Shown one piece after another: positions 17,615 through 25,589 of a DNA stretch of 64,000 nt (position 1 is its first letter; each line of letters begins with the position of its first letter). Made by a program: the position numbers and the translations under genes. The notes beneath the pieces were generated by a model. It was not told the origin of the DNA. It searched no databases and worked only from the letters and a program-made list of their open reading frames with translations. The stretch comes from Christensenellaceae bacterium (lineage in GTDB: Bacteria; Bacillota; Clostridia; Christensenellales; Borkfalkiaceae), in assembly GCA_045644385.1 (NCBI GenBank), contig JAZRGU010000007.1:1618-65617 (forward strand), given 5' to 3'.

Positions 17615-17652
17615 TTGACGTACGAAATACATCGTGTTACGATATATATCGT
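17615..17652 (+). promoter_or_regulatory. Promoter (TTGACG-17-TACGAT) overlapped by palindromic candidate PadR operators
   Basis: ATCGT-gtt-ACGAT lies at 17631-17643 and a perfect 14-bp palindrome ACGATATATATCGT at 17639-17652. Both overlap the -10 and +1 region. Confidence 0.5.
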
Positions 17653-17666
17653 GAGGTGATGTAAAA

Positions 17667-17987
17667 TTGGATATTCAATTAAAGCGCGGTATTCTTGACG
17701 TGTTAGTATTAACCGCAATTAAAAACGAAGATTCTTACGGATATAAAATTATAAAAGACGTAAAACCCTATATAGAAATTTCAGAGTCAACTCTTTACAC
17801 AATTTTAAAAAGGCTTGAACTAGCGGATTTAATTAACGTTTATTCGTCTGAACACGACGGGCGTGTTAGAAAATACTACCATATAACGCATTTAGGGCTA
17901 AAAAGAATTGAAGACTTTAAAAAAGATTGGAAAGAAGTATGGTCTTTATACAAATTTATAATTAAGGGAGATAACGACAATGAATAA
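17667..17987 (+). CDS. PadR-family transcriptional regulator
   Basis: 106 aa with a TTG start after GAGGTGA. GILDVLVLTAIKNEDSYGYKI and GRVRKYYHIT are typical PadR winged-helix motifs. Confidence 0.85.
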   Translation: MDIQLKRGILDVLVLTAIKNEDSYGYKIIKDVKPYIEISESTLYTILKRLELADLINVYSSEHDGRVRKYYHITHLGLKRIEDFKKDWKEVWSLYKFIIKGDNDNE

Positions 17988-18579
17988 GCAAGAATTTATT
18001 AAAACGCTTCGTAATAAACTATCAAAATTTCCGCAAAAAGAAGTTGAAGACAGTATTAATTTTTACAACGAAATGATAGACGATAAAATAGAAGACGGCA
18101 TTTTAGAAGAAGATGCCGTTAAAGATGTTGGCAACGTTGATTATATTGCTTCTTTAATCGCTTCGGATATTCCGCTAACCAAAATAGTTAAAAATAACGT
18201 AAAACGCAAAAATAATTTTAGAACTTGGGAAATCGTTTTGCTAGTATTAGGCTCTCCTATATGGCTATCGTTATTAATAAGCCTTTTTGCCGTAGTATTT
18301 TCTGCATACGTTTCCTTATGGGCAGGAGTTATTTCTTTATGGGCGGGAAGTTTTTGTGCATTTATAGTTAGTTTATACGGAATAGTATACGGCATAATAA
18401 TGACGTTTGTTAGCGACGTCTACGTAAATCTAGCAATATTAGGTTTAAGCATTGCCAGCGTAGGCGTATCAATACTTTTATATTATTGCTCTAAATACTC
18501 AACTAAGGGCTTAATAATTCTTGGTAAACAAATAGTATCATTAATTAAAAACTCTTTCGTAAAAAAGGAGAACAAATAA
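17980..18579 (+). CDS. DUF1700-type membrane protein (PadR-associated sensor/anti-factor-like)
   Basis: 199 aa. The N-terminus MNKQEFIKTLRNKLSKFPQKEVEDSINFYNEMIDD matches the DUF1700 pattern and is followed by 3-4 TM helices. It overlaps the padR stop. Confidence 0.7.
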   Translation: MNKQEFIKTLRNKLSKFPQKEVEDSINFYNEMIDDKIEDGILEEDAVKDVGNVDYIASLIASDIPLTKIVKNNVKRKNNFRTWEIVLLVLGSPIWLSLLISLFAVVFSAYVSLWAGVISLWAGSFCAFIVSLYGIVYGIIMTFVSDVYVNLAILGLSIASVGVSILLYYCSKYSTKGLIILGKQIVSLIKNSFVKKENK

Positions 18580-19481
18580 TGAAAAAACTTATAATATGGA
18601 TAATTATTGCAATATTTTTATTAATTTTTGGTGGAACACTATTTGTAATTTCAATGACAAAACTAGGTTGGGATTTTAATAAAATAGGCTCGTATAATTT
18701 TGAAACTAACACTTATCAAATAGTTGAAGATTTTAATAAAATAGAAATTGACGTAACTACTACCGATATCGAGTTTAAACCTTCTACGGACGGGCAATGT
18801 AAACTTATATGCTATGAAAACGTTAAAGAAAAACACTCCTTTTCCGTTACGGACGGCGTTTTAAAAATAACTACCGCAAGCAACAAAAAATGGTACGACT
18901 ATATTCATTTATTTTCCTCTTCGCCAAAAATGACGGTTTTTTTACCAAATTTAGATAGCGTTAGCCTTAATATTAAAGTTTCTACGGGCGATATTATAAT
19001 ACCGTCAAACTTCTCTTTTGAAAGCATAAAAATTTTAGGCTCAACTTGCAACGTTAAATGCAACGCTTCCACCGTAAACCAAACTAAAATTGATGTAACT
19101 ACTGGCAATATTTTAATAGAAAACGCAAACGCCAAAAATTACGATTTAAAAGTTAGCACCGGAGATATAAAAACGACTAACGCAACTTGCGAAAATTTTA
19201 CGTCAACCGGCACTACCGGAGAAGTTAAATTAAATAACGTAATAGCGTCTAATAAAATTTTTATAAAAAGAAGCACTGGCGATATTGAGTTTTATAAATG
19301 CGACGCAAGTGAATTAATACTTAAAACTTCAACGGGCGACGTAGAAGGCACGCTACTTACCGCTAAAACCTTTATTGCAAAAACGGGTACGGGCGAAATT
19401 GATATTCCAAACGGTACCGAAGGCGGTAAATGCGAAATAACTACGTCTACGGGAGATATAGAAGTTGATATAGTTAGTTAA
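18579..19481 (+). CDS. DUF4097-family beta-strand repeat protein
   Basis: 300 aa with an N-terminal TM helix and repeated S/TTGDI(E/K) strands (at least 7 copies). Confidence 0.7.
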   Translation: MKKLIIWIIIAIFLLIFGGTLFVISMTKLGWDFNKIGSYNFETNTYQIVEDFNKIEIDVTTTDIEFKPSTDGQCKLICYENVKEKHSFSVTDGVLKITTASNKKWYDYIHLFSSSPKMTVFLPNLDSVSLNIKVSTGDIIIPSNFSFESIKILGSTCNVKCNASTVNQTKIDVTTGNILIENANAKNYDLKVSTGDIKTTNATCENFTSTGTTGEVKLNNVIASNKIFIKRSTGDIEFYKCDASELILKTSTGDVEGTLLTAKTFIAKTGTGEIDIPNGTEGGKCEITTSTGDIEVDIVS

Positions 19482-19522
19482 TAATTAATAAATTATTAAA
19501 TTTAAAAAACTTTAAATAAAAC

Positions 19523-19570
19523 GCCGAGTTAAATGGTTAAAAATTGTTAAACCATTTTAACTCGGCTTTA
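19523..19570. terminator. Bidirectional intrinsic terminator
   Basis: A 16-bp stem GCCGAGTTAAATGGTT ... AACCATTTTAACTCGGC is followed by TTTATTATT. Confidence 0.75.
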
Positions 19571-19714
19571 TTATTACCACAAAAACACTTACAAACCGTT
19601 TTTAACAAGGTTACATTATTACGGTATAATTATTTTATATAAAATTAAAAGAATTAGCGCTAAAATAAGTTCTAATTCTTTTATATTAATTACTTTTATT
19701 TAATTTAGGCTAAT

Positions 19715-20161
19715 TTAAATTATTATGTTTCTTGGCGAAATTATTGAAGAAAAAACGATTTGCGTTTTAGTTCTTCCAAAATGTTGAATAGAAGAAGTAA
19801 ATAAGTCCATTTCGTGCGTATTTTTAAAAATGGCTTGAACAACCAAAGAATATTCCCCCGTTACCCTATCGCAAGATATTACGTGATTTGAGTTAGACAA
19901 AAATTCATACAAATCTTCGCGCATGGGGTTGCTAACTTCTATATCTATATAACATTTAATAGTGTCGGCGTAAATAGAAGTGTCTACTTCGGTTTTATAG
20001 CCCTTTATTACACCGTTTTTAGTCATTTCGTTTATTCTTCCGCTAACGGTAGGAACGGAAGCAAAAACTTTTTCCGCTATTTTTTTTACCGGAATTTTAG
20101 CGTCGTCCATTAAAAGTTTTAAAATAGCTTTATCTAATTCATCTAACATACGTTCTTTCAT
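19715..20161 (-). CDS. Lrp/AsnC-family transcriptional regulator
   Basis: 148 aa with the N-terminal HTH LDELDKAILKLLMDDAKIPVKKIAEKV and a C-terminal RAM-like domain. It is divergent from aspA. Confidence 0.85.
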   Translation of the reverse strand: MKERMLDELDKAILKLLMDDAKIPVKKIAEKVFASVPTVSGRINEMTKNGVIKGYKTEVDTSIYADTIKCYIDIEVSNPMREDLYEFLSNSNHVISCDRVTGEYSLVVQAIFKNTHEMDLFTSSIQHFGRTKTQIVFSSIISPRNIII

Positions 20162-20349
20162 AATTACACCTCTTTTTTATAGTAACATAATATTACACTC
20201 AATAAAAAAAATCAAGCGTTTTTTTGTTGTTGATTGAATTATTTTTAAATATTTTTTCACATAATCATATAAAATTAAAAATATTTTTTAACTATTGACA
20301 ACCCACAATTTAAAGTGTTACCATTTGATTATACAGTTGGAGGTATATT

Positions 20350-21735
20350 ATGAATTATAGATTAGAAAGCGATTCAATAGGCACGTTAAACATTCCGGAA
20401 GACGCGTACTACGGAGTACAAAGTTTAAGGGCATATAACAATTTCCAAATAACCGGAAATAAAATGAATAAAAATTTTGTTTACAACGTTGTAAAAGTTA
20501 AAAAAGCGGCTGCACTTTCAAACTACTCCGCAGGCGATATTTCAAAAGAAATGCTTGACGCTATTATTACCGCGTGCGACGAAGCAGTTTTAGGCAAACT
20601 TGACAGCGGTTTTATTACGGACGCTATTCAAGGCGGTGCCGGAACTTCTCTTAATATGAACGTAAACGAAGTTATTGCTAACCGCGCTACCGAAATTTTA
20701 GGCGGTAAAAAAGGCGAATATATTTGCCACCCTAACGACCACGTAAATAAATGTCAATCTACTAACGACGTTATACCTACCGCCGGCAAAATGACTATTA
20801 TAGAAATGGCAAACGCTTTATATCCAAGTTTAGACAATTTAATTTGCGAACTTGACAAAAAGGCGAAAGAGTTTGACGATATCGTTAAAATGGGTAGAAC
20901 ACAAGTAGAAGACGCCGTTCCTATAAGGCTTGGTCAAGAATTTAACGCATACTCGTCTGCACTTAAAAGATGTAAAGGTATGATAAAAAGCGCAATGGAA
21001 TATATGTACACCGTTAACATCGGCGGTACAGCAATAGGAACTGCAATTAACGCAACGCCTATTTATTTAAAAGAAATCGCTAAAAATCTTTCTAATATTT
21101 GCGGTTTTACCGTAAAACAAGCCGACGATTTAGTTGACTCTACGCAAAACCTTGACGCTTTTGCATTTGTTTCGGGCGCATTAAAATCACTTGCTATTGC
21201 CCTTTCAAAAATGTCTAACGATTTAAGGCTTTTAGCAAGCGGTCCTAGAACAGGTATTATGGAAATTGAATTACCACCTATGCAAAACGGTTCTTCTATT
21301 ATGCCAGGAAAGGTAAACCCAGTTATTCCAGAAGTAGTTTCGCAAGTTGCTTTTGCCGTTATTGGTAACGACGTTACAATCGCTATGGCAACCGAAGGCG
21401 GTCAATTTGAACTTAACGCGTTTGAGCCTGTAATTTTCTATAAATTATTTGAGTCGCTTACTTGCCTTAAAAACGCTATGGATACGTTTACGGAAAACTG
21501 CATAAAAGGAATTAAGGCAAATCGCGAAAGATGTCAAGAACTTTTAGATAAAAGCGTTGGTATAGTTACGGCTTTATGCCCATATATCGGCTACAAAAAA
21601 GGCGCTGAACTTGCTAAAAAGGCGTTAATAGAAAACGTTCCTATTAAAACTTTGGTTTTACAAGAAGGCATTATGACGGAAGAAGAACTTAATAAAGTGT
21701 TTAACGCGTTCTCTCTTACCGAGCCTAAAAGATAA
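20350..21735 (+). CDS. aspA: Aspartate ammonia-lyase
   Basis: 461 aa with the lyase-1 signature GSSIMPGKVNPVIPE. The VIPE variant favours aspartase over fumarase. Confidence 0.8.
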   Translation: MNYRLESDSIGTLNIPEDAYYGVQSLRAYNNFQITGNKMNKNFVYNVVKVKKAAALSNYSAGDISKEMLDAIITACDEAVLGKLDSGFITDAIQGGAGTSLNMNVNEVIANRATEILGGKKGEYICHPNDHVNKCQSTNDVIPTAGKMTIIEMANALYPSLDNLICELDKKAKEFDDIVKMGRTQVEDAVPIRLGQEFNAYSSALKRCKGMIKSAMEYMYTVNIGGTAIGTAINATPIYLKEIAKNLSNICGFTVKQADDLVDSTQNLDAFAFVSGALKSLAIALSKMSNDLRLLASGPRTGIMEIELPPMQNGSSIMPGKVNPVIPEVVSQVAFAVIGNDVTIAMATEGGQFELNAFEPVIFYKLFESLTCLKNAMDTFTENCIKGIKANRERCQELLDKSVGIVTALCPYIGYKKGAELAKKALIENVPIKTLVLQEGIMTEEELNKVFNAFSLTEPKR

Positions 21736-21762
21736 TTTTAGTCTTTAAATTCATTTAACTAT

Positions 21763-21806
21763 AAAACGCACTTACTTTGTTTTTAGTAAAGTAAGTGCGT
21801 TTTTTA
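21763..21806. terminator. Bidirectional intrinsic terminator between the convergent aspA and nadE-like genes
   Basis: AAAACGCACTTACTTT-loop-AAAGTAAGTGCGTTTTTT. Confidence 0.8.
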
Positions 21807-21825
21807 TTTGCAATTTATATAATTT

Positions 21826-23877
21826 TTATAATTTTATAGTTTTTAAATCTTCTAACCACTCAAACTTAACGGCGTCCGACGGCATAGTCAAATCTCCCCT
21901 AGGCGACACGCCTACACTACCTATTTTTACACCGTCTGGCAAGCAAGAACGTTTAAATTGTTGGCTAAAAAATCTATTATAAAAGTTCTTTAACCATTTT
22001 AAAAGAGTGGTTTTATCAAACTCTTCAAACGTAATAGTTGCAATTTTAAATATTTTTGACGGTTTATAGCACGCCCTAATAGCGTAATATAAATAAAAAT
22101 CGTGTAATATATACGGACCTACGATATCTTCTGTTTTTTGGCTTATTTCGCCGTCCTTTGGCGGTAAAAGTTCGGGGGAAACGGGCGTTAACAAAACGTC
22201 GTAAAGAGTGTTTTTAATATCTCCCCCTAACCTATTTGCTTCATATTCAACAACGTGTCTTATAAGCGTTTTTGGTATAGACGAATTTACGGCGTAATTA
22301 CTCATATGGTCGCCGTTATACGTTGCCCAACCAAGCGCAAGTTCAGATAAATCGCCCGTGCCTATAACTATGCCGTTTACCTTATTTGCAATATCCATTA
22401 AAACTTGCGTTCTTTCGCGCGCTTGGGAATTTTCATAAGTTACGTCATAAGTGTTTGCGTTTTGCCCTATATCTTCAAAATGAGTTAATACTGCGTTTTT
22501 AATGCTAATTTCTTTTAAAGTAACGTTAAGCGTATTTGCAAGCATTTCCGCGTTAGATTTAGTGCGCTTTGTAGTTCCAAAACAAGGCATTGTTACCGCA
22601 ATAATACCCTTTAAATCCATTTTTAATAGTTTAAACGCCCTAACGCAAACTAAAAGCGCAAGGGTGCTATCAAGCCCGCCAGACACTCCTATTACAAGGT
22701 TTTTGCAACCTATATGATTAATTCGCTTTGCAAGCGCGTTTGATTGCATTGAAAGTATTAGTTCAGCCCTAGTAGCAATTTCACTTGCCGTTGACGGAAT
22801 AAACGGCGTTTTGCTAAATTGCCTATCAATTTTATTTGAAAACTCCTGAACGTTAAACGTTACAAAAGTTTCTTCTATACTACAAAATTGCTTTGCTTTT
22901 GATTTTTCGGCAGATAAAAAGTCTACGTCAATATCGGTATATATTAAACCGTTATTAAACAATTTGCTTTCCTTTAAAATTTTGCCGTTTTCACATATTA
23001 TATTATGCCCCGAAAAAACGTAATCGGTAGTAGACTCGCCAAAGCCGGAGTTTGCATACACGCAACTAGAATTTAACTTTCTTGTAATACTCATTAAATC
23101 TACGCGCCTGTAATCCGCCCTTTTTACGACTTCGTTACTACAAGCACAGTTAACTATAATATTTGCGCTTGTTTCGTAGTTTTTTAAGCCGTTATATACG
23201 CTTACCGTAAAATTTTGATAATTGTTGCAAACGTAAACTACGTTGCTTGCAAAAATATATTCTTTACCGTCAAATAATATTTTAGCGTTTTTATATTCGC
23301 CTTTTAATTGAGAAATTTTAACGTCGGTTAAAAAATCGCTATTATAAGGCGTAAAACCTAAAATTTCACCTTCAAATAACGTTGCAACGGCTTTGTATAT
23401 TACGCCGTTTACCATTAAAGGCAAACTAATAAACACTAGCATATCTTTATAAAGAGTATGCTCTTTAATTTTTATTAACGCACGTTTAGCGCTTTCTAAA
23501 AGAGTTTGTTGATAAAACAAATCGCCACAAGTTGCGCCCGTAATGCACATATTTTGAAACGCCAAAACCTTAACGCCTTTTAACATTGCTTCGTCAATAG
23601 AATTTTTTATTTTTAAAACGTTTTCTTCTACGTTAGCAACTTCAACGTCAATAGTACTAGCGCCCACTTTAACAAAACCTAAATAATTAGTTTGAACGGT
23701 TTTAGTGTCCGATAAAGCGCTGTTGATTTTTTCTAGCGACTTACTTTTTACCCCGCAACCTTGCGAAAGTATTTTGTTTACAGTGCCAAGCGGAACTCCG
23801 CTTTTAATAGACAACTCTTTATTAGTCATCTTTAAAGCCATTTTTTTAAGTTTAATTTCTTCTATAATTTTATACAT
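21826..23877 (-). CDS. nadE: NAD+ synthase with an N-terminal XRE-type HTH domain and an apparently degenerate CN-hydrolase (glutaminase) domain
   Basis: 683 aa. Residues about 5-55 look like an HTH_3 domain (MTNKELSIKSGVPLGTVNKILSQG). The synthetase PP-loop VIGVSGGLDSTLA is intact. The nitrilase-type motifs read AFQNM (expected FPEL) and SVYNG (expected EICED). Confidence 0.75.
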   Translation of the reverse strand: MYKIIEEIKLKKMALKMTNKELSIKSGVPLGTVNKILSQGCGVKSKSLEKINSALSDTKTVQTNYLGFVKVGASTIDVEVANVEENVLKIKNSIDEAMLKGVKVLAFQNMCITGATCGDLFYQQTLLESAKRALIKIKEHTLYKDMLVFISLPLMVNGVIYKAVATLFEGEILGFTPYNSDFLTDVKISQLKGEYKNAKILFDGKEYIFASNVVYVCNNYQNFTVSVYNGLKNYETSANIIVNCACSNEVVKRADYRRVDLMSITRKLNSSCVYANSGFGESTTDYVFSGHNIICENGKILKESKLFNNGLIYTDIDVDFLSAEKSKAKQFCSIEETFVTFNVQEFSNKIDRQFSKTPFIPSTASEIATRAELILSMQSNALAKRINHIGCKNLVIGVSGGLDSTLALLVCVRAFKLLKMDLKGIIAVTMPCFGTTKRTKSNAEMLANTLNVTLKEISIKNAVLTHFEDIGQNANTYDVTYENSQARERTQVLMDIANKVNGIVIGTGDLSELALGWATYNGDHMSNYAVNSSIPKTLIRHVVEYEANRLGGDIKNTLYDVLLTPVSPELLPPKDGEISQKTEDIVGPYILHDFYLYYAIRACYKPSKIFKIATITFEEFDKTTLLKWLKNFYNRFFSQQFKRSCLPDGVKIGSVGVSPRGDLTMPSDAVKFEWLEDLKTIKL

Positions 23878-23883
23878 ACAACG

Positions 23884-23912
23884 ATTATACTATTGGCGTA
23901 TAATTTAGTAAA
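23884..23912 (-). promoter_or_regulatory. Promoter TTTACT-17-TATAAT placed 6 nt from the nadE-like ATG, so the mRNA may be leaderless
   Basis: The -10 is at 23884-23889 and the -35 at 23907-23912. The ATG is at 23877-23875 and no SD lies between. Confidence 0.4.
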
Positions 23913-24004
23913 GCGTTTTTACCTTAATTTATAATATTTTTATATTTTTAAAATAAATAATCAAAAATATTATTATATTTTATATTTTTTGTATAATATT
24001 TTAT

Positions 24005-24292
24005 AAAAAAATACAGCACCCAACTTTTGTTAGATGCTGTACACAAATGCATATTTAATTTTTTACTGCGCTTGTTACCGTACTATTTATCACTTACTTC
24101 GCTAACGTATACAGCGCAATACTTACGGGGTTAAGCGATTAAAATTGTTCCTCACTATTCATTGGCGTATCTCCTTATATCCCTTTAATTTTTAGATTTA
24201 ACCATTTACTAACTCTAATTACATACATTAATTTGTACCTCCTTATAGAAAGTATGTGGCTTTTTAGTACATTGGATTTACCCTCCCTTTGT
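24005..24292 (-). ncRNA. Candidate ~290-nt transcript carrying three SD+ATG micro-ORFs. It may be an sRNA, a leader or a micro-peptide RNA.
   Basis: It is bounded by the consensus promoter at 24299-24327 and a terminator (stems 24012-24018 and 24035-24041 plus a U7 run). SD GGGAGGG precedes MY* at 24264-24272. SD AAGGAGG precedes a 17-aa ORF at 24175-24228. SD AAGGAGA precedes a 7-aa ORF at 24139-24162. Confidence 0.35.
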
Positions 24293-24298
24293 ACCTTT

Positions 24299-24327
24299 AT
24301 TATACAAGAAAGAATAAAGCGTGTCAA
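24299..24327 (-). promoter_or_regulatory. Perfect-consensus sigma-A promoter (TTGACA-17-TATAAT)
   Basis: The -35 tgtcaa (plus strand) is at 24322-24327 and the -10 attata (plus strand) at 24299-24304, with exactly 17 nt between. Confidence 0.6.
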
Positions 24328-24372
24328 TACTAATTTTAAAAATTTTACACAACTTTATTTTTCAAAAACCTA

Positions 24373-24401
24373 TTTACAATCGTAAAAAATCGTGCTATAC
24401 T
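24373..24401 (+). promoter_or_regulatory. Sigma-A-like promoter (TTTACA-17-TATACT), divergent from the previous one
   Basis: The -35 is at 24373-24378 and the -10 at 24396-24401. Confidence 0.45.
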
Positions 24402-24407
24402 TTAAAA

Positions 24408-24509
24408 GTGGGCGCAATTAAAACTAACGCCACAAAACAAATTATTTATAGTAAAATTATTATTCGCTACTACTTACGCAAAAAACGTAAACGGTAGCGT
24501 TTTTTATTT
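24408..24509 (+). ncRNA. Candidate ~100-nt sRNA
   Basis: It starts after the promoter at 24373-24401. It has a 5' hairpin GTGGGCG...CGCCAC and a 3' terminator cgctactacttacg-caaaaaa-cgtaaacggtagcg followed by TTTTTTATTT. No SD or ORF is present. Confidence 0.3.
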
Positions 24510-24583
24510 AAATTTTAACGCCGTAAAATTACGCCAACTTATTAGCAACGCTTTAAACCTAGCCAAGCCCTAAAAAATTATAA

Positions 24584-25528
24584 CTATTTTTTATTGACGT
24601 TTTTTGGTTTTATTAATCGTTTAATTAGCCCCACGTCAAACTCGTTTATCATCATTGCTATAAATATTATAGCAAAGCCAATAAACAAGTAAACTGTTAA
24701 ATCTTCAACGCCTAATATAACGCTAAATAAAGTGCCAAAAACCGCCTCTAAACTTAAAATTAGCGACGCTTTTGAAACGCTAGTCATCTTTTGCCCAAAT
24801 ATCATAAAAGATTGCGCCATAAGCGTGCAAACAATCGTTAAATACAAAATTTCTAGCAACTGGCTTTTATTAAGAGCAAAATTTTGTATTCCGCTTTTAA
24901 CTTCAAAAATCAACGATAAAAACGCCATTATAACGCCAACTACGAATAACTGCAACAATAAAAGCGACACGGTGTTACAACCGTCTTTTTGAAATTTAGA
25001 CGTAAAAACAATTTGAATACCGTAAAAAATAGCGCTAATAAAGGTTAAAACGTCCCCAAAAAGATAGTTCCCGTTTCCACTATCCCCGCTAGAAAACGCA
25101 ACGAATCCTATCCCTATAATACACGTTATTGCCGAAAGCAAATTTTTTATTAGCGGTGGTTTTTTAGTTAGTATCCATACGATAAAAGGCGTCATAACGC
25201 AATAAGAAGCAGTTAAAAAGGCGTTTCTTGCAGGCGTAGTATAAGAAAGCCCAACCGTTTGAACGGCGTAGGCAAAAGAAAGAACTATTCCTAAAAACAA
25301 GCCTTTAATTAGCGTTTTTTTATCTATTTTTTTTATAGATTTATAAAATATTAAAGCCAAAATTATAGAAGAAATTAAAAACCTTATTGCAAGCACGTAA
25401 AAAGTTGGAACGTGCTTTATAGTTTCTTTTAATAAAACGAAAGAACTTCCCCATGCAATAGTTGCAAAAAGAAGCAACAGCGAGCCTATTAAATTGTTAT
25501 TTTTTAAATTTTTTGTTTTCATACGCAA
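24584..25528 (-). CDS. EamA/DMT-family transporter
   Basis: 314 aa with about 10 TM segments in two EamA-like halves. Confidence 0.75.
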   Translation of the reverse strand: MRMKTKNLKNNNLIGSLLLLFATIAWGSSFVLLKETIKHVPTFYVLAIRFLISSIILALIFYKSIKKIDKKTLIKGLFLGIVLSFAYAVQTVGLSYTTPARNAFLTASYCVMTPFIVWILTKKPPLIKNLLSAITCIIGIGFVAFSSGDSGNGNYLFGDVLTFISAIFYGIQIVFTSKFQKDGCNTVSLLLLQLFVVGVIMAFLSLIFEVKSGIQNFALNKSQLLEILYLTIVCTLMAQSFMIFGQKMTSVSKASLILSLEAVFGTLFSVILGVEDLTVYLFIGFAIIFIAMMINEFDVGLIKRLIKPKNVNKK

Positions 25529-25589
25529 TATAAGAATATCTTTACGCTTGCAATCAATACAAAAACGGCTTATTTAAAGCCGTTTTAAT

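Noticed and set aside
21826-21860. Possible 3'-end duplication at the nadE-like stop (aaattataa / aaattatataa)
   Set aside because: The repeat unit is only about 10 nt of pure A/T low-complexity sequence. This is not comparable to the 28-34 bp duplications at rpiB, sbcC and dnaI.
23913-24004. AT-rich tract with repeated tatatttt/ataatatt words upstream of the nadE-like promoter, considered as a structured repeat or binding-site array
   Set aside because: The tract is low-complexity A/T sequence without a consistent period or conserved unit. It is more simply explained as a UP-element-like or curved promoter-upstream region.
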